Notes: generated from the letters alone by a model not told the origin. Counted from the stretch's first letter, positions 1 to 11,549 are shown. The stretch is 64,000 nt of DNA from Hyaloraphidium curvatum SAG 235-1 (GCA_025558095.1 JAIVFI010000001.1:1364001-1428000), one strand, 5' to 3'. Translations and numbers: made by a program.

Positions 1-640
1 AGAGCAAACCCGACAGGAGCTCCTCCTCCCGTGGCGACCGGAACGGAGGCTTGAAGTAGAGGTTGTTGATGGCGAACCGGGGGGACCCCGGGACGTCGGA
101 GCGGTCCTGCGTGTCGATCGCCTTGGCGAGGGCGGCCGTCGTAAAGCCCGCGCCCGCACCGGCGCCATCGGGGTAGTACAGCGTCCCGGCGACGTCCTTG
201 GAGCCGCCGAAGCCGAACGGTGATGCTGGGCAAATCAGCGTGACCGAGAGCAGCCGTTCGGGGGCGCGCTCCAGCAGCGCGTAGCACACGGCGCCGCCGA
301 ACGAGTGGCCGACTGCGTGGAATTTTGTGAGGCCGAGCGCGTCGGCGAGCGCGAGCGCGTCGTCGGCCCAGTCGAGGCAACCCCTCGTCGCGTCCGCCGG
401 CCCGGGGAACTCGGTGTCGCCGAACCCGCGAAGGTCCGGCGCGATGCCGCGGAAGCCGGCCGGCAGCGCGAGCATCGTTTCCTCCCAGAACGTGGCCGAG
501 CAGTTGTTGCCGTGGATGAAGAGCACCGGCACGCCGTCCGCCGTGCCGGCGAAGCGCGTGCAGACCGCCAGCCGCGGCGTCGCAACCATGCGGCAGGTGA
601 TGCCGGGCAGCAGCGGGATGCGCGACGGCGGCGATGCCAT
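1..640 (-). CDS. Alpha/beta-fold hydrolase (5' part; runs off the window start)
   Basis: ATG at 640; reads MASPPSRIPLLPG...VPVLFIHGNNCSATFWEETMLALPAGFRGIAPDLRGFGDT...VGHSFGG (oxyanion HG, DLRGFG, GxSxG nucleophile). No intron in the visible part. Not in the ORF track because it has no stop in the window. Confidence 0.85.
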   Translation of the reverse strand, partial: MASPPSRIPLLPGITCRMVATPRLAVCTRFAGTADGVPVLFIHGNNCSATFWEETMLALPAGFRGIAPDLRGFGDTEFPGPADATRGCLDWADDALALADALGLTKFHAVGHSFGGAVCYALLERAPERLLSVTLICPASPFGFGGSKDVAGTLYYPDGAGAGAGFTTAALAKAIDTQDRSDVPGSPRFAINNLYFKPPFRSPREEELLSGLL

Positions 641-1087
641 ATCTGCGGAGACGGCGGTGCCTTCCAGGCGTTGACGGCGCCGCGTTTCGGGCGGAGGAAG
701 AGAACGGCTGGTGTTTCTACGAGAAACCCCGCCCGCGACGGGAGACGTTCGGAAGCTGGAGGCATCACGAACACAATCAGGTGCAAGTTGAAGATTCATT
801 GGATTGCTGGCAATCAGTTGCTCGAAAGGATCTAATCCAAGATGGGATGCTGCCACCGATCATTTGCGAGCTTGAGCGGATGCTGTTGGGAAGCACGAGG
901 TTCGGGAAGGCCACGGAAGTAAGATTGCAAAGCCGGCGCTGACTGATTTCCATACCTCAATGATGGAAACCATTAGCAGGGAGGAGCAATGAATCGTCAA
1001 AATCGGTAATGAGGGCGGCGCCGGGACCTGGCGCGGGACCAAGGGCCCATTCCCTCTCAACCATCGAATCGACTTCGGTTCCTTGCG

Positions 1088-1881
1088 ATGCCCGCGGTCG
1101 GCGCCTACTCCGCCGTGCTCGTCGTCGCCAGCTGCGACGCCCGCGAATTCCCGCGCCCGCCGGGCCCGGCGGTGTACGTCGAGAGCGCCACCGGCGCCCC
1201 GTTCGCCGTGCGCGTTAAATCCGACGACCCGCGGCCCGTGACGGCGGACGTCTACGTCGACGGGAAATTCGCGCAGGGCCGGGTGCTGGAAGCCTCCGGG
1301 GAGTCGCTGGTCGATGGGGCGCTGGGCGCGGACAGGCGCGTGCGCCCGTTCCGGTTCGCGCGGCCGAAGCTGGTTGCCGACGGCGATGAGGGAGCGGACG
1401 AGCTGCTGGAGGCTCAGACGCGGGAGGGCTCCGAGGCCGGGCAGATCAGGGTGGGCTGCACCTGGCCGCCTCCTTGAATCCCCTAAGCTGTGCCCAGGTC
1501 GAGTTCTGGAGGTGGCGCGTCCGCTCGCGCGGTGCCCGGCGCCGCAACCCGGACCCAGACTCGGACGACGACTACGGGGGAGCACAGCAGGTGGCCCTGC
1601 ACGAGCGCGCCAAGAAGGGCGCGCTGCTCTCCCATACGACCGACTTTGACGACCCTCTCGACGAGGAACTGCCCCCCATCGACGGCGAGGTCGTCGGCGA
1701 CGAGCCGCTGGCGGTCGTCGCGTTCGAGTACCGGTCGCGGGGGCTGCTCGAGGCGTTGGGCGTGGACGTGGGCTCCAAAGGGGGCGTCAAGCGCGAGGGC
1801 GAGAGCGGGGGCGGCGGACCGGCGGGGAAGAAGCTGCGCGTGGAGCCGGGCGGGGTCATCGACCTGACGGGGGACGACTGA
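1088..1881 (+). CDS. Fungal hypothetical protein, DUF7918-like; 2 exons (intron ~1451-1497)
   Basis: GTGGGC..CCCAG intron joins ORFs 1088 and 1474. Motifs YVESATGAPFAV, ADVYVDGK, RPFRFA, GQIRVEFWR, LHERAKKG..SHT, FEYRSRGLLEALG and C-terminal VIDLTGDD resemble this family (from memory). Confidence 0.65.
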
Positions 1882-2519
1882 CGGATTCGCGGGCTGGATT
1901 CCCCGCCTTTTTGTCGAGATGGTACTGCCTTTCCGGGATCGTCCTGATGGGCAGCTTCGAAGCCAATGATAGGAACAGATGTATCTCCGTCGCAAGCTAT
2001 GCGTTGTCCCATTCCTGTTCGCCACACGCTATACCGTTGCCCCGCTCTTCCTCGCTATGCACGAGAGAATCTCTTCATATACGTTACCGGAGTAGAGCTC
2101 ATGCCCATGGGTGGCCACCGAGATCGTGCGCGGGAGACAGCCGAACGCGAAGCGCCTCAGGGTGCCAGCGAGACAACGCCTTTGCCAGAACATAACGCAG
2201 TCAGAAGCGGTCGCTATAACTTTGGAGGATGGATCCTGGATTCGGTCATTGATGGATGTGCTTTTGCTTTCGGATTTCGGCGCGGTGAGACGGAAGCGTG
2301 GAAGCCTCCTGAAGCCGATCGCAACGATGGCGATGCCCTGCAACGCATCCAGTGGAGCAGCTATCCGTCTTTACACGCGGTGGAAGATCCCCTTGCACGC
2401 ACCCATGCGCCGTGCACGTATGCACACAGCTGTGGGAGGGGCTTCTGGAGTGACTCGATTTCAGGGCACGGACGAACTCCCCGCACCGCAATCCCAGCCC
2501 TCCGACACCAACACAAACC

Positions 2520-4720
2520 ATGGCCTGCTCCGGCCGCGCCAAAGACCCCGCTCCGCCCACCTCTCGCGTCTCGCTCGTGCCCGACGGCCCCCTCGCCGGG
2601 GCCGCCGCCGATGGCTACCCGTTCATCCTTGACTCGCTGCTCGGCAAGGGCTACCGCCGGCTCGACTTCACCACCGCCGCCAAGGAGCCGTCGGACCGCG
2701 AAGCCGTCCTGCTGTGGCTCAACCGCGGCTGGGGATGGGGTTTCGGCTTCAAGTGGGCGCGACTTGAGCTCGTGCTGTGGGCTTCACTGACCGAGCGCAT
2801 CTGCAGCCACGACGAGGCGGCCGAGTGCTTCAAAAAGGCCATCGAGCTCGACAAGGACGGCTGTCCGATGGCGTGGTGGGGTCTCGCGTGGACGACGAGC
2901 CCCAACTACAACCTGGTGCGCCAATCATCGCCGCCCGCGGGCTTCTGGAATTTGATCGCGATGCCGTCCGGAACGCAGCCGATCCGTGAAGACGCCGAGG
3001 ACCAGACATCCAGGGACGCCGCCGTCAAGGCGCTCGAGATCGCGGAGCGGTGCGGGGCCGAGTGGGAGAAGCGGCTCTGCGCGGCCATGGTCAGGCGGCA
3101 CGTCGTGGAAGGCAGGCCCGAGCTCGTGCGCAAGGATGCAGAAGCCCGCGCGATCCTCGACCAGAACGTGGGTCCGTCCGCTCCGACGAAGCGATGAACC
3201 TGAAAGCCGTCGCCACGTCCAGTATGCCGACGCGATGCAGGCCGCCTACGACGCCCTCTACCCCGGCTCGCACGACCCCGACGTGGCCGCGCTGGCCGCC
3301 GAGGCGCTCATGCAGCTGTCGCCCTGGAAGCTGTGGCCGTACGTGCCCACCCCGCCGGAGGACTTTGTCACCGTGTCCAAGGCGCCTGAGATCCCGGAGC
3401 TGACGGCGCGGATCCTCGGCATCGTCGCGCGGGCGTTCGAGGACGAGCCGAAGAACAAGGAGCACACGGGGCTCGTGCACTTATGGTGAGCCGGCTTCCG
3501 GCATCCGCTGATCGAGAGCTTCCTGCTCAAAATCCGACCCCAGGATCCACGTGTGGGAGATGTCGCCGACGCCCGGCCGCGGCCTCGAGCTGGGACAATA
3601 CCTCCTCCACGCCACCGAGCTCGGTTCAGGCCACCTGCTGCACATGCCCTCGCACCTCCAGGTCCAGATCGGGGCTTACAAGGAGGCCGTGGAGGCGAAC
3701 AAGCGCGCGTGGGAGGCCGACCAGAGGTTCCTGAAGCACCATCAGGGGGGCGTCTACACGATGTACATCGTAAGCGGCTCGGATCGACCTTCACAACAAG
3801 TGCTCACTGACATATCCGCGCGCAGATCCACGACCTGCACATGCTCGTCTTTGCCGCCCTCTTCCAGGCCAACAAGGCCGACGCCATGGCCTACTCCGAC
3901 ACGCTGACCGCCCTCTGCTCCGACGGGGTCATCCGCGCCTTCCCGGACCTGCTGGAGAGCTACGTGCCCCTGAAGCTGCACGCCATGATCCGCTTCGGCA
4001 TGTTCGAGGAGATGCTGGAGCAGCCGATGCCGGAGGACCGCGAGATGTACTGCACGACGGCGGCCACGGTCTTGTATGCCCGGGGCATCGCGTTCGCGGC
4101 GCTGGGCGACGTGAAGGCGGCCAGGGAGGAGCAGGCCCAGTTCAGGGAGGCGAAAGGCAGGATACCCGAGTCGCGGATGCACTTCCAGGTCCCTGTGTCG
4201 CTCATCATGGAGGTCAGTAGCCTGTTTGGCCCCGCAAACGGTTCTTTCGCTGAAAACACCCCCCGATCCAGGTGGCCGACGAGATGCTCGAGGGCGAGAT
4301 CCTTTTCCGCGAAGGCCGGCACGACGAGTGCTTCGAGCGCATCCGCAAAGCCGTCCGGCTCGACGACGCGCTGCCGTACATGGTCAGTGTCGATCGTCGC
4401 TCACCGTCCACCGTTGCTCCTCGGCTGACGACGAACAGGAGCCTTGGGGATGGATGGTACCCGCCCGCCACGCCCTCGGCGCCCTGCTTCTTGCCGCCGG
4501 CCGCGCCGGGGAGGCGACGCCCATATACAGGGCCGACATGTCGACATGCAAGCACCCCGACAACATCTGGAGCCTCCGCGGGCTGCTCGAATGCCTAGAG
4601 ATCCTCGGGAAGGGCGCCGAGCTGCACCCGGGGGAGACGGAGGAGATCAGGGCCAGGGTGGCCGGAAAGGCGGCCGAGGCGGACGTGGCGGTAAACGTGA
4701 GCTGCTACTGCAGGCGCTGA
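2520..4720 (+). CDS. TPR-like alpha-solenoid protein of a conserved fungal/bacterial family; ~8 exons
   Basis: Spliced product has WLNRGWGWGFGFNHDEAAECFKKAIELD..CPMAWWG..PNYN, HLWIHVWEMS, GHLLHMPSH, LPYMEPWGWMVPARHALGALL, HPDNIWSLRGL and terminal SCYCRR. Introns near 2753-2806, 2915-2978, 3168-3222, 3486-3543, 3770-3825, 4213-4271, 4383-4438. Confidence 0.75.
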
Positions 4721-4782
4721 GGTCGCAAGTCTTCCAAGGAAGTTGAAATCAATCTCTTTTGTTGAATGCTGCAACACGATCT

Positions 4783-5711
4783 TCAAAGCTTGGCACCGGC
4801 TCCTTTGCTCGCCTTGCCTGTAGCGGTGCTGGTGTCAGAATAAACCAGATCAGAGCACCACGTCCGACCTACCCGTCCACTTGGGCGCCCGCTTCTCGAT
4901 GAACGCCGTCAGCCCCTCCTTGGTGTCCTCGCTGGAGGTCACCTCGGCAAACAGCTGGTCCGTGAGCTTCTTGAGGTGGTCGTCGCTCTCGTACGCGGCG
5001 GCCAGCACGACCTTGCGGCTCGCGTAGACGGCCAGCGGGGCCGCCTGGGTGATCTGCTCCGCCAGCTTCCTCGCCTCCTTCTCCGCCTCGCCGGGCTTGA
5101 CCAGCCGGGTGACCATGCCGAGGTGGTACGCGCGCTCGGCGGGGATGGGCTCGCCGGTGAGGATGACCTCCATTGCGGCGGCCTGGCCGATCGCGCGGGG
5201 GAGCCGGAAGAGGCCGCCGGCGCCGGCGATCAGGTTGCGCTTGACCTCGGCCAGGCCGAAGGTGGAACGAGTGGTGGCGACGACGAGGTCGCAGGCGAGG
5301 GTGATCTCGCAGCCGCCGGCGGTGGCGAGGCCGTCGATGGCGGCGATGATGGGCTTGCGGCGCTCGCGGTAGACGAAGCCGGCGAACCCGCCGCGCTTGG
5401 TGGCGAGACCGCCGGAGCCGCTGTTGATCGCCTTGAGGTCCGCGCCGGCGCAGAAGACGGGGCTCTTGTGGCCCTCCGTGTTGGCCGTGAGGATCCCGAC
5501 CCAGACCTTCGGTTGGGGGACACACTCCGGTCAGCGCCGCGACGCGTTCCCAGCGCGATGGAACGCGTACGTCATCGTCGGCCTCGAACGTGTCTAGGTG
5601 TTTTTCCATCGCGTTCGCAACTCCGGCGTTCACGGCATTGCGCTGGTCGGGCCGGTTGAGGGTGAAGATGCCTATACGGCCTTCCTTGCGGTACAACACG
5701 AGGTCGGCCAT
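4783..5711 (-). CDS. Enoyl-CoA hydratase/crotonase family protein with C-terminal PTS1 (-AKL); 3 exons
   Basis: ATG 5711; TLNRPDQRNAVN, FCAGADLK, KPIIAAIDGLATAGGCEI, FGLAEVKRNL, EGLTAFIEKRAPKWTG. A terminal intron (~4818-4872, GTAGGT..CTACAG) gives ...WTGKASKGAGAKL*. Confidence 0.9.
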
Positions 5712-6236
5712 CGCGTAAGGCGTTGTGAGAAGATGGGGGAGGGGGGATTCGTGGGTTGAGGAGGCCCGCGTGTCGACGAGAGCACGTTGAACCGGTCCGG
5801 AGATGCCGACACAGTCGCGCGGATTTGCCGCAGGCCGTGCGACTTGCCGCATATTCGCAGCGCCATCCTCCCCGGGGACGATGTGCACTCATCGGCGCGG
5901 TTTTGCAGCTCTCTACCGACGACAAAAGAGACGCTAGGTCCACAAGCTGAAGCGAATGAGGCGGCCAGCTACGAGCGCTGACCCTGGCTTTACCGCGATC
6001 ACGGCCCGTTCCATCCATCTCCAAGCAGCCCATCTACCCGGATTCCATCGCTTGGGATTGGAGTCGATTCGCTGCCACGCTGATGGATCAACGGGTCTGT
6101 CAGGGCCCCAGACACTGGCCGGTGGCGGCGAGGCGGACGGCCGGCCCGCCGGCCCCCGACGGATCGCCAAACTCCCGAATATCCGTCCACTCCGACGCCA
6201 ACCGCCTCCCACCTGCCTGCTCCCCCGCCGCGAAAC

Positions 6237-6953
6237 ATGGCCGCCCCGCCGAAGACCGTGTGGACCGCGGCGGAGATCGCCGAGCACGATGCGCAGCTCA
6301 AGGTGGACCCTCACACCTCCGAACTCCTGGCAAAGTACAGCGCGCCGGCCTCGGACGACGCCGTCGAGCGCACCATCGCCAAGCTCAAGGAGAAGAAGTT
6401 CGACGCCCACGCGTTCGACACGCCCGAGGCCGCGTGCGACTTCCTGGCCACGCTCGTCAAGGACGGCGACGAGTTCGGCGCCGGCGGCTCCATGACGCTG
6501 ACCCAGATCGGCCTGTGGGACGCCTTCGCTAAGAAGCTGCCCAAGGCTGTCAACCTGAAGCAGCTCTCGAACGAGGCCCGCGGCGCCGGCGACCCGGCCA
6601 AGTCCGCCCAGCTGGCCGCCAAGGGCCTGGTGGCCAAGACCTTCTTCTCCTCGTGCTCCGCCATCTCGGAGGAGGGCGACCTCTACACCACGGACCTCAG
6701 CGGTACCCGGATCGCCGGCTGGCTCACCGCCGGCCGCGCCATCATCGTCGCGGGGTCCAACAAGGTCGTCAAGGACGAGGCCGCCGCCTGGGCGCGCATG
6801 AAGGACTACCAGTGGGCGCTCGAGAGCGCCAGGATGAGGGCGACCACGCCCCTCCCGGGGAGCATGATGAACAACCAGCTCGTGATCAGGGCGGACAACC
6901 CGTTCGCCCCAAGGATAACGGTGGTTATTGTCAAAGGCTCGTACGGGTTCTGA
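6237..6953 (+). CDS. LUD-domain (lactate utilisation LutC/YkgG-like) protein, intronless
   Basis: 238-aa ORF with strong coding bias; GAGGSMTLTQIGL, FFSSCSAISEEGDL..DLSGTRIAG, IIVAGSNKVV, ALESAR, RITVVIVKGSYGF. Confidence 0.8.
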   Translation: MAAPPKTVWTAAEIAEHDAQLKVDPHTSELLAKYSAPASDDAVERTIAKLKEKKFDAHAFDTPEAACDFLATLVKDGDEFGAGGSMTLTQIGLWDAFAKKLPKAVNLKQLSNEARGAGDPAKSAQLAAKGLVAKTFFSSCSAISEEGDLYTTDLSGTRIAGWLTAGRAIIVAGSNKVVKDEAAAWARMKDYQWALESARMRATTPLPGSMMNNQLVIRADNPFAPRITVVIVKGSYGF

Positions 6954-7045
6954 GCGACCCCTCGGACGCGGACTCGGACTTTTTGGACACACCGATACAA
7001 CGTGGCCGCGGTAGGCCTTGAAAAAGCAATGTAAGACCTCGATAT

Positions 7046-8825
7046 CTATAGGCAGGAAACGAGAGCGATCAGACAAGTAATCAACAGTACTGCTCTTCCA
7101 ATTGCGGGTCCCCCGGAAGCACTGCTCGGCCTCGACGAGGTGGAAGTGAAAGGCCCAGCGCTCATCGACACGGCAGTCGACAACGCCGCCGACGTTGTCT
7201 GGATAGGAGTCGCCGGACTCCCGGCCGTCGAGGTCGCCGTGGATGCCGCCGTCCGCGTCGCAGCAGTCGATCCCGCCGGCCTCTCCCCCGACCGCACGAC
7301 CATGGCGTTGCTCATCTGCCCGACGGGCATCCGCGGCATCACCCCGCCCGTCCAGGGCACGAAATCCGGCAGCGGCACCACCTCGGCCGCCTCCCCGGCG
7401 TTGATCGCGTTGTCCCTCGCCAGCTGCGCCGTGTTGCAGGTCGGGTTCGAGGCCGTGCACCCGTCGCCTTCTTCCCCGATCCCCAAGGCCATGCCCGCGC
7501 CGCCGTTGCGGATGTAGTTGCCGCGGATGGAGAGCCGCTCGTCCGAAAGCACGGGCGAGGGCACGCCTGTCCTCGCCGTGATTGGCTCCACCGCTCCTCT
7601 CACCATGAAGTGCTGGTAGGCGCTCTGCACTCCCGCGGGGTTCACGATCCTGTTGTTGGCCACGATCACGTCCCTGCAGGGAATGAACTCGCCCCCGTCG
7701 TTCGGACCGTCGCTCATGGGCGCCGCCGGTCCCCAACCGCCCTGGACCCGCAGCTGCGCGCACCGCGTCGCGTTGCCGTCGCAGCTCCTCGCGCCCGGAA
7801 CGATCTCGACGAGGTGCGAGCGGGTGCCCACGCGCGTGCACTCGTTGAACGCGAAAATGGTGAACGAACAACCGTTACAGCCGAAACATGATCCCTCAGT
7901 GTCCCGAATGCGGTTGTTGGTAAACTTCACGTCCACGGCCTCGTAGAAGAGCCACGGCGGGGTCATGAACTCGAACCCTGTGCCCTGCCCAGCGGTGAAC
8001 CCCCCCGTGCCGCAGTTGAACAGCTCGTTGCCGTCGAAGCGCAGGTGCGCCGAGCCGCCCTTGACGTACGCGCACCAGTCCCCGGCGTCGTGGATGGACG
8101 AGTTGAGCACGTGGCCGAACTGCACGGCGACGTAGTCCAGCCCGTTCTCGTAGTTGCCGGAGAGCTCGCAGTTTTCCACGTAGAAGTGCTGGCAATGGTT
8201 TACCTTGAGGGTCTCCTGCGCAGCACCGCTCCCGTCGGCGCGGACGTTCCGCAGGAGGACAAAATCGCACAGCTCAAAGTGCAGGGAGTCCCCCTGGGTG
8301 CGAAGTGCCAGGTCCATTATATAGAGGTAGCGGCAGTTGAATAGGTTGAGGTCTCGGGTGAGCGTCACGGTCCCCAGGGTCTCCCCGCGGATCACGACCG
8401 GGAAGCGGTACGTCCCGTGCGCGTTCTCCATGAAGGTCGGGACCTGCCCCTCGCCGTACGTGCCCGGCAGCAGGTTGATCCGGTATCCCGTGGTTGCGCT
8501 GGCGTTGCTCCCGGTACGCGGAATGAGGTCGCGCCACGCGCGGACAAACGTCGTCGGGGATCCCCGCGACGAGCCGTCGCTGGCCCCGGAGCCCGTGGGG
8601 GAGACGTATATCTCGCGGAGGACGGGGGTTCCCACATCGTACGGGAGGATATTTCCGGAAACTCTGGGGGGGAGGCAGCGGGTGAACGGGCGGGAAACAA
8701 GTGGCGAACTCCGCCGAAACCCACAGGTTGCCCGCCAGCAGCGGCGGCGCCTGCGCCGAGGCATGTGCGGCGAAGCCCAGCGCCAATAGCGCTGCGGCAA
8801 TCGCGATTCGTCTTCGGGATGCCAT
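7046..8825 (-). CDS. Secreted, probably GPI-anchored right-handed parallel beta-helix (pectin-lyase-like) protein; 2 exons
   Basis: ATG 8825 with signal peptide MASRRRIAIAAALLALGFAAHASAQ; intron near 8665-8725; PbH-type repeats (YVENCELSG, HVLNSSIHD, FDGNELFN, FTNNRIRD); Ser/Thr-rich stalk and hydrophobic C-terminus AVLLITCLIALVSCL. Confidence 0.8.
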
Positions 8826-9363
8826 CGAGCTTGCTGAGGGGGATGCCTGGGTCCCAGGCCCATTATGACCCGCCGTCAGCTGCACAGCATCGCGACAACC
8901 CAGCTCAGCTTTTGCCACCCTGTGAGCACGCTGTGCCAGATTTCCTCGCGTTGGACGGCCTGCTCGTTGCTTCCTCGCCGGCTTCTGATCAAGTTGGCAC
9001 GGCCCAGGCAAAACCCGTGCGAAGACTGTAGCCCAACTCGAGTTGGAGGTGTCGAGCCCAGCTAAGTTCCCAATGAGCTTCATTATGAAAAGATTGCGAC
9101 CGTGGCATCCCACAGCTTGCCAGGGAACTCAATGGTCCGGAGATGGACCAAGAGTAGAGATGTCAGGCACGGGACGAAATCGGCGGGAAACACACAGGCC
9201 CAAGGGCACCGGGACTACGTAGATCGAATCGATAATGCAGTACGGAAGACACAATCGAAGGTGGACTTATTCTTTCTTTTACGTGCCCCGGGACGTGCGA
9301 AGAGTTTCCGCCGCATAGAAGCAAGTCAACAGATCACCCCACATCGCCCAGAAACCCCGAGAC

Positions 9364-10848
9364 ATGGGCTCCCTCGACCCGGCGGCGCGCCAAGTGCCGA
9401 GGATATTGGCTTCATTTTCGCCTGCCGCCCTGGTTTTGCGTGCCGCGGGCGGCGGCGACGTGCGGGGTGCCGTTTCGCGGCTGCCGCGCTCCCGCGTCGT
9501 CGTGGACTTCACGCGGCGCCCGCTGGAGAGCTACAAGCACCCGGAGAAATCTCTGCCGCGGCGCATGCTGGTCATTGCCGTGGCAGATGCCCTCCACGCT
9601 CTCGACGGCTCGTGCCCGCACATCGGCAAGCCGCTCGACCTCGGGGACATCGAGGACATCACACTCTCGCTGCCCGATGGCACCTCCGAAACGGGCCCCG
9701 CGATAGTCTGCCCAGCGCACTTTTTCGACTTTTCGCTCGCCTCGGGCCGCTCGTCGGGGTGCCCCAACTCGGCGGTGGTCTACACCGTGGCGCCGCTCGC
9801 AGACGGGGCCGTTGAGATCGGCGGGATCTGGCAGGGCGAGATTGGGCAGGAGCTGGGGGAGGAGTTTGAGTGCCTGGCACGGGAGGTCGTGCCCAAGAAG
9901 CCCATTGCTGTGCCGGAGGCCTCCGCAGAGGAGGCCGAGGATGTCTCCAACAACGTCGCCGGCACCGCGGTTCCTGATCTCTCAAAGCTCAACCTGGAAG
10001 GCAACACGGCCGATCCAACGGATCTCCTTTCCGGCCTTCGGACCGCACTCCTTACCCCCAACCTCGCGGCGAAAGCGGCCCTCATCCTGCGCCTCAAGAC
10101 CCTTTTCGACGAGGGCCTGCCGGTCGGCCCTCGAAGCGCCTATACCCCACCGGATGTCCCGCCTCGCGAGGCCGATGTGCTCTTTGTGGACCCGAAGCGC
10201 GTCCGCAGGCGCGGATTCGGCAGCGAGGTTGGCCGCCTGGCGATGCTGCACGCGCTCGCCAATGTCGAGGGCTGGGCCATGGACCTCGGTTGCGATGTGA
10301 TGCTGCGGTTCGCCTCGTACCGGCTGGCCGGGCCGGGCCCGGATGACGGCGAGGACGGGATGCCCCCGCGCGCTTTCTTTGCCGATTTCCTCAAGCTCTC
10401 GGCCGAAGAGGCCAAGCACTTTTCCCTCCTCGCCGCCCGCCTCGCGGAGCTCGGCTCGCCGTTCCCCTCAAAAGACTTCCCCTGCCACCTCGGCCTCTGG
10501 GACGCCGCCGCATCCACCGCCTCGGACCTGATGGACCGCCTCGCCCTCGTGCACATGGTCCACGAAGCCCGCGGGCTGGACGTGAACCCGGGGACCATCT
10601 CCAAGTTCGCTGCGGCGGGCGACGCCGCCTCGGCCGCGATGCTCAAGGTCATCCACGAGGACGAGGTGACGCACGTCGCGGCGGGGGTCAGGTGGTTCGA
10701 GGCCGCGTGCAAAGCCAGGGGTTTGGATCCCGTGGCCGAGTTCAGGGGGGTGCTGGACCGGCAGCGCAACGGGAGGATCAGGCCGCCTTACAACGAGGCG
10801 GATAGGGACAGGGCGGGGATGGCGAGGGCGTACTACGTCGACGAGTAG
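9364..10848 (+). CDS. Rieske [2Fe-2S] domain fused to DUF455 ferritin-like domain, intronless
   Basis: Rieske ligands CPHIGKPL and CPAHFFDFSL; ferritin-like motifs HALANVE, EEAKHF, HMVHEARGLD, IHEDEVTHV, PPYNEADR..AG. Confidence 0.85.
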   Translation: MGSLDPAARQVPRILASFSPAALVLRAAGGGDVRGAVSRLPRSRVVVDFTRRPLESYKHPEKSLPRRMLVIAVADALHALDGSCPHIGKPLDLGDIEDITLSLPDGTSETGPAIVCPAHFFDFSLASGRSSGCPNSAVVYTVAPLADGAVEIGGIWQGEIGQELGEEFECLAREVVPKKPIAVPEASAEEAEDVSNNVAGTAVPDLSKLNLEGNTADPTDLLSGLRTALLTPNLAAKAALILRLKTLFDEGLPVGPRSAYTPPDVPPREADVLFVDPKRVRRRGFGSEVGRLAMLHALANVEGWAMDLGCDVMLRFASYRLAGPGPDDGEDGMPPRAFFADFLKLSAEEAKHFSLLAARLAELGSPFPSKDFPCHLGLWDAAASTASDLMDRLALVHMVHEARGLDVNPGTISKFAAAGDAASAAMLKVIHEDEVTHVAAGVRWFEAACKARGLDPVAEFRGVLDRQRNGRIRPPYNEADRDRAGMARAYYVDE

Positions 10849-10898
10849 GGCAAGCATGTTGATTCGGCCTGGCGCATTACACTTCTGCTCATCAGAGC

Positions 10899-11549
10899 CT
10901 ACTGGTGCGTCGACTCCGCCGGGCACCCCGGGATGACGCAGCTCTGCGGGAGCGAGTACTCGTACGCCTGCACCACGACAAAGTACCCGTCCGCGCACTG
11001 CGGGAACGGCTTCTGCGAGTCCGTCGACGCGATGGTGTACGAGTAGAGGTCCGTGCAGGCGTCGAAGGTCTTCTGGGTCGAGGCCCCCGCGCGGATCTGC
11101 TCCCAGCTTTCCGGCCTGGCGCACGACCACCACATCGACATCTGCCTCACGCGGCCGACCACGGGCCCCGAAGCCCGGGGCGAGTACATGGCCGTGATGC
11201 CCGCGGCGTTGACGGTCAGCCAGAGCTGGCCCGACTGGTCGCCGCAGTCGCCGCCGGTGCCCGGTGCCGAGCATCCGTGCGTCGAGTTGTCCGAGAAGGC
11301 CTTGACGGTGTCGACCATCACCCCGTAGTACGAGCCCGGCTTGACGGGGCCGAGGACGAGACCGGGGGCCCTGACGGGCGAGGGCGACCACGGCACGTTG
11401 TTGGGCAGGGCGAAGGCGACGTCGGCGACGCAGGGCATCGGTGCAGGGTCCGTCGTGTTGAGGTCAAGGAGTTGCGCGTTTGCGGGAGACAGCATGGCGG
11501 CGATGAGGGCGCCGGCGAGGGCGAGGAGGGTAGCGTTCAGGCGGGCCAT
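10899..11549 (-). CDS. Secreted Cys-rich hypothetical protein, copy 1 (216 aa, 8 Cys)
   Basis: Signal peptide MARLNATLLALAGALIAAMLSPANA-Q; intronless; reading frame conserved in copy 2 with few amino-acid changes. Confidence 0.85.
   Translation of the reverse strand: MARLNATLLALAGALIAAMLSPANAQLLDLNTTDPAPMPCVADVAFALPNNVPWSPSPVRAPGLVLGPVKPGSYYGVMVDTVKAFSDNSTHGCSAPGTGGDCGDQSGQLWLTVNAAGITAMYSPRASGPVVGRVRQMSMWWSCARPESWEQIRAGASTQKTFDACTDLYSYTIASTDSQKPFPQCADGYFVVVQAYEYSLPQSCVIPGCPAESTHQ

Noticed and set aside
1911-2519. ORFs between the DUF7918-like and TPR genes
   Set aside because: Lower GC, no codon bias or motifs; treated as intergenic/UTR.
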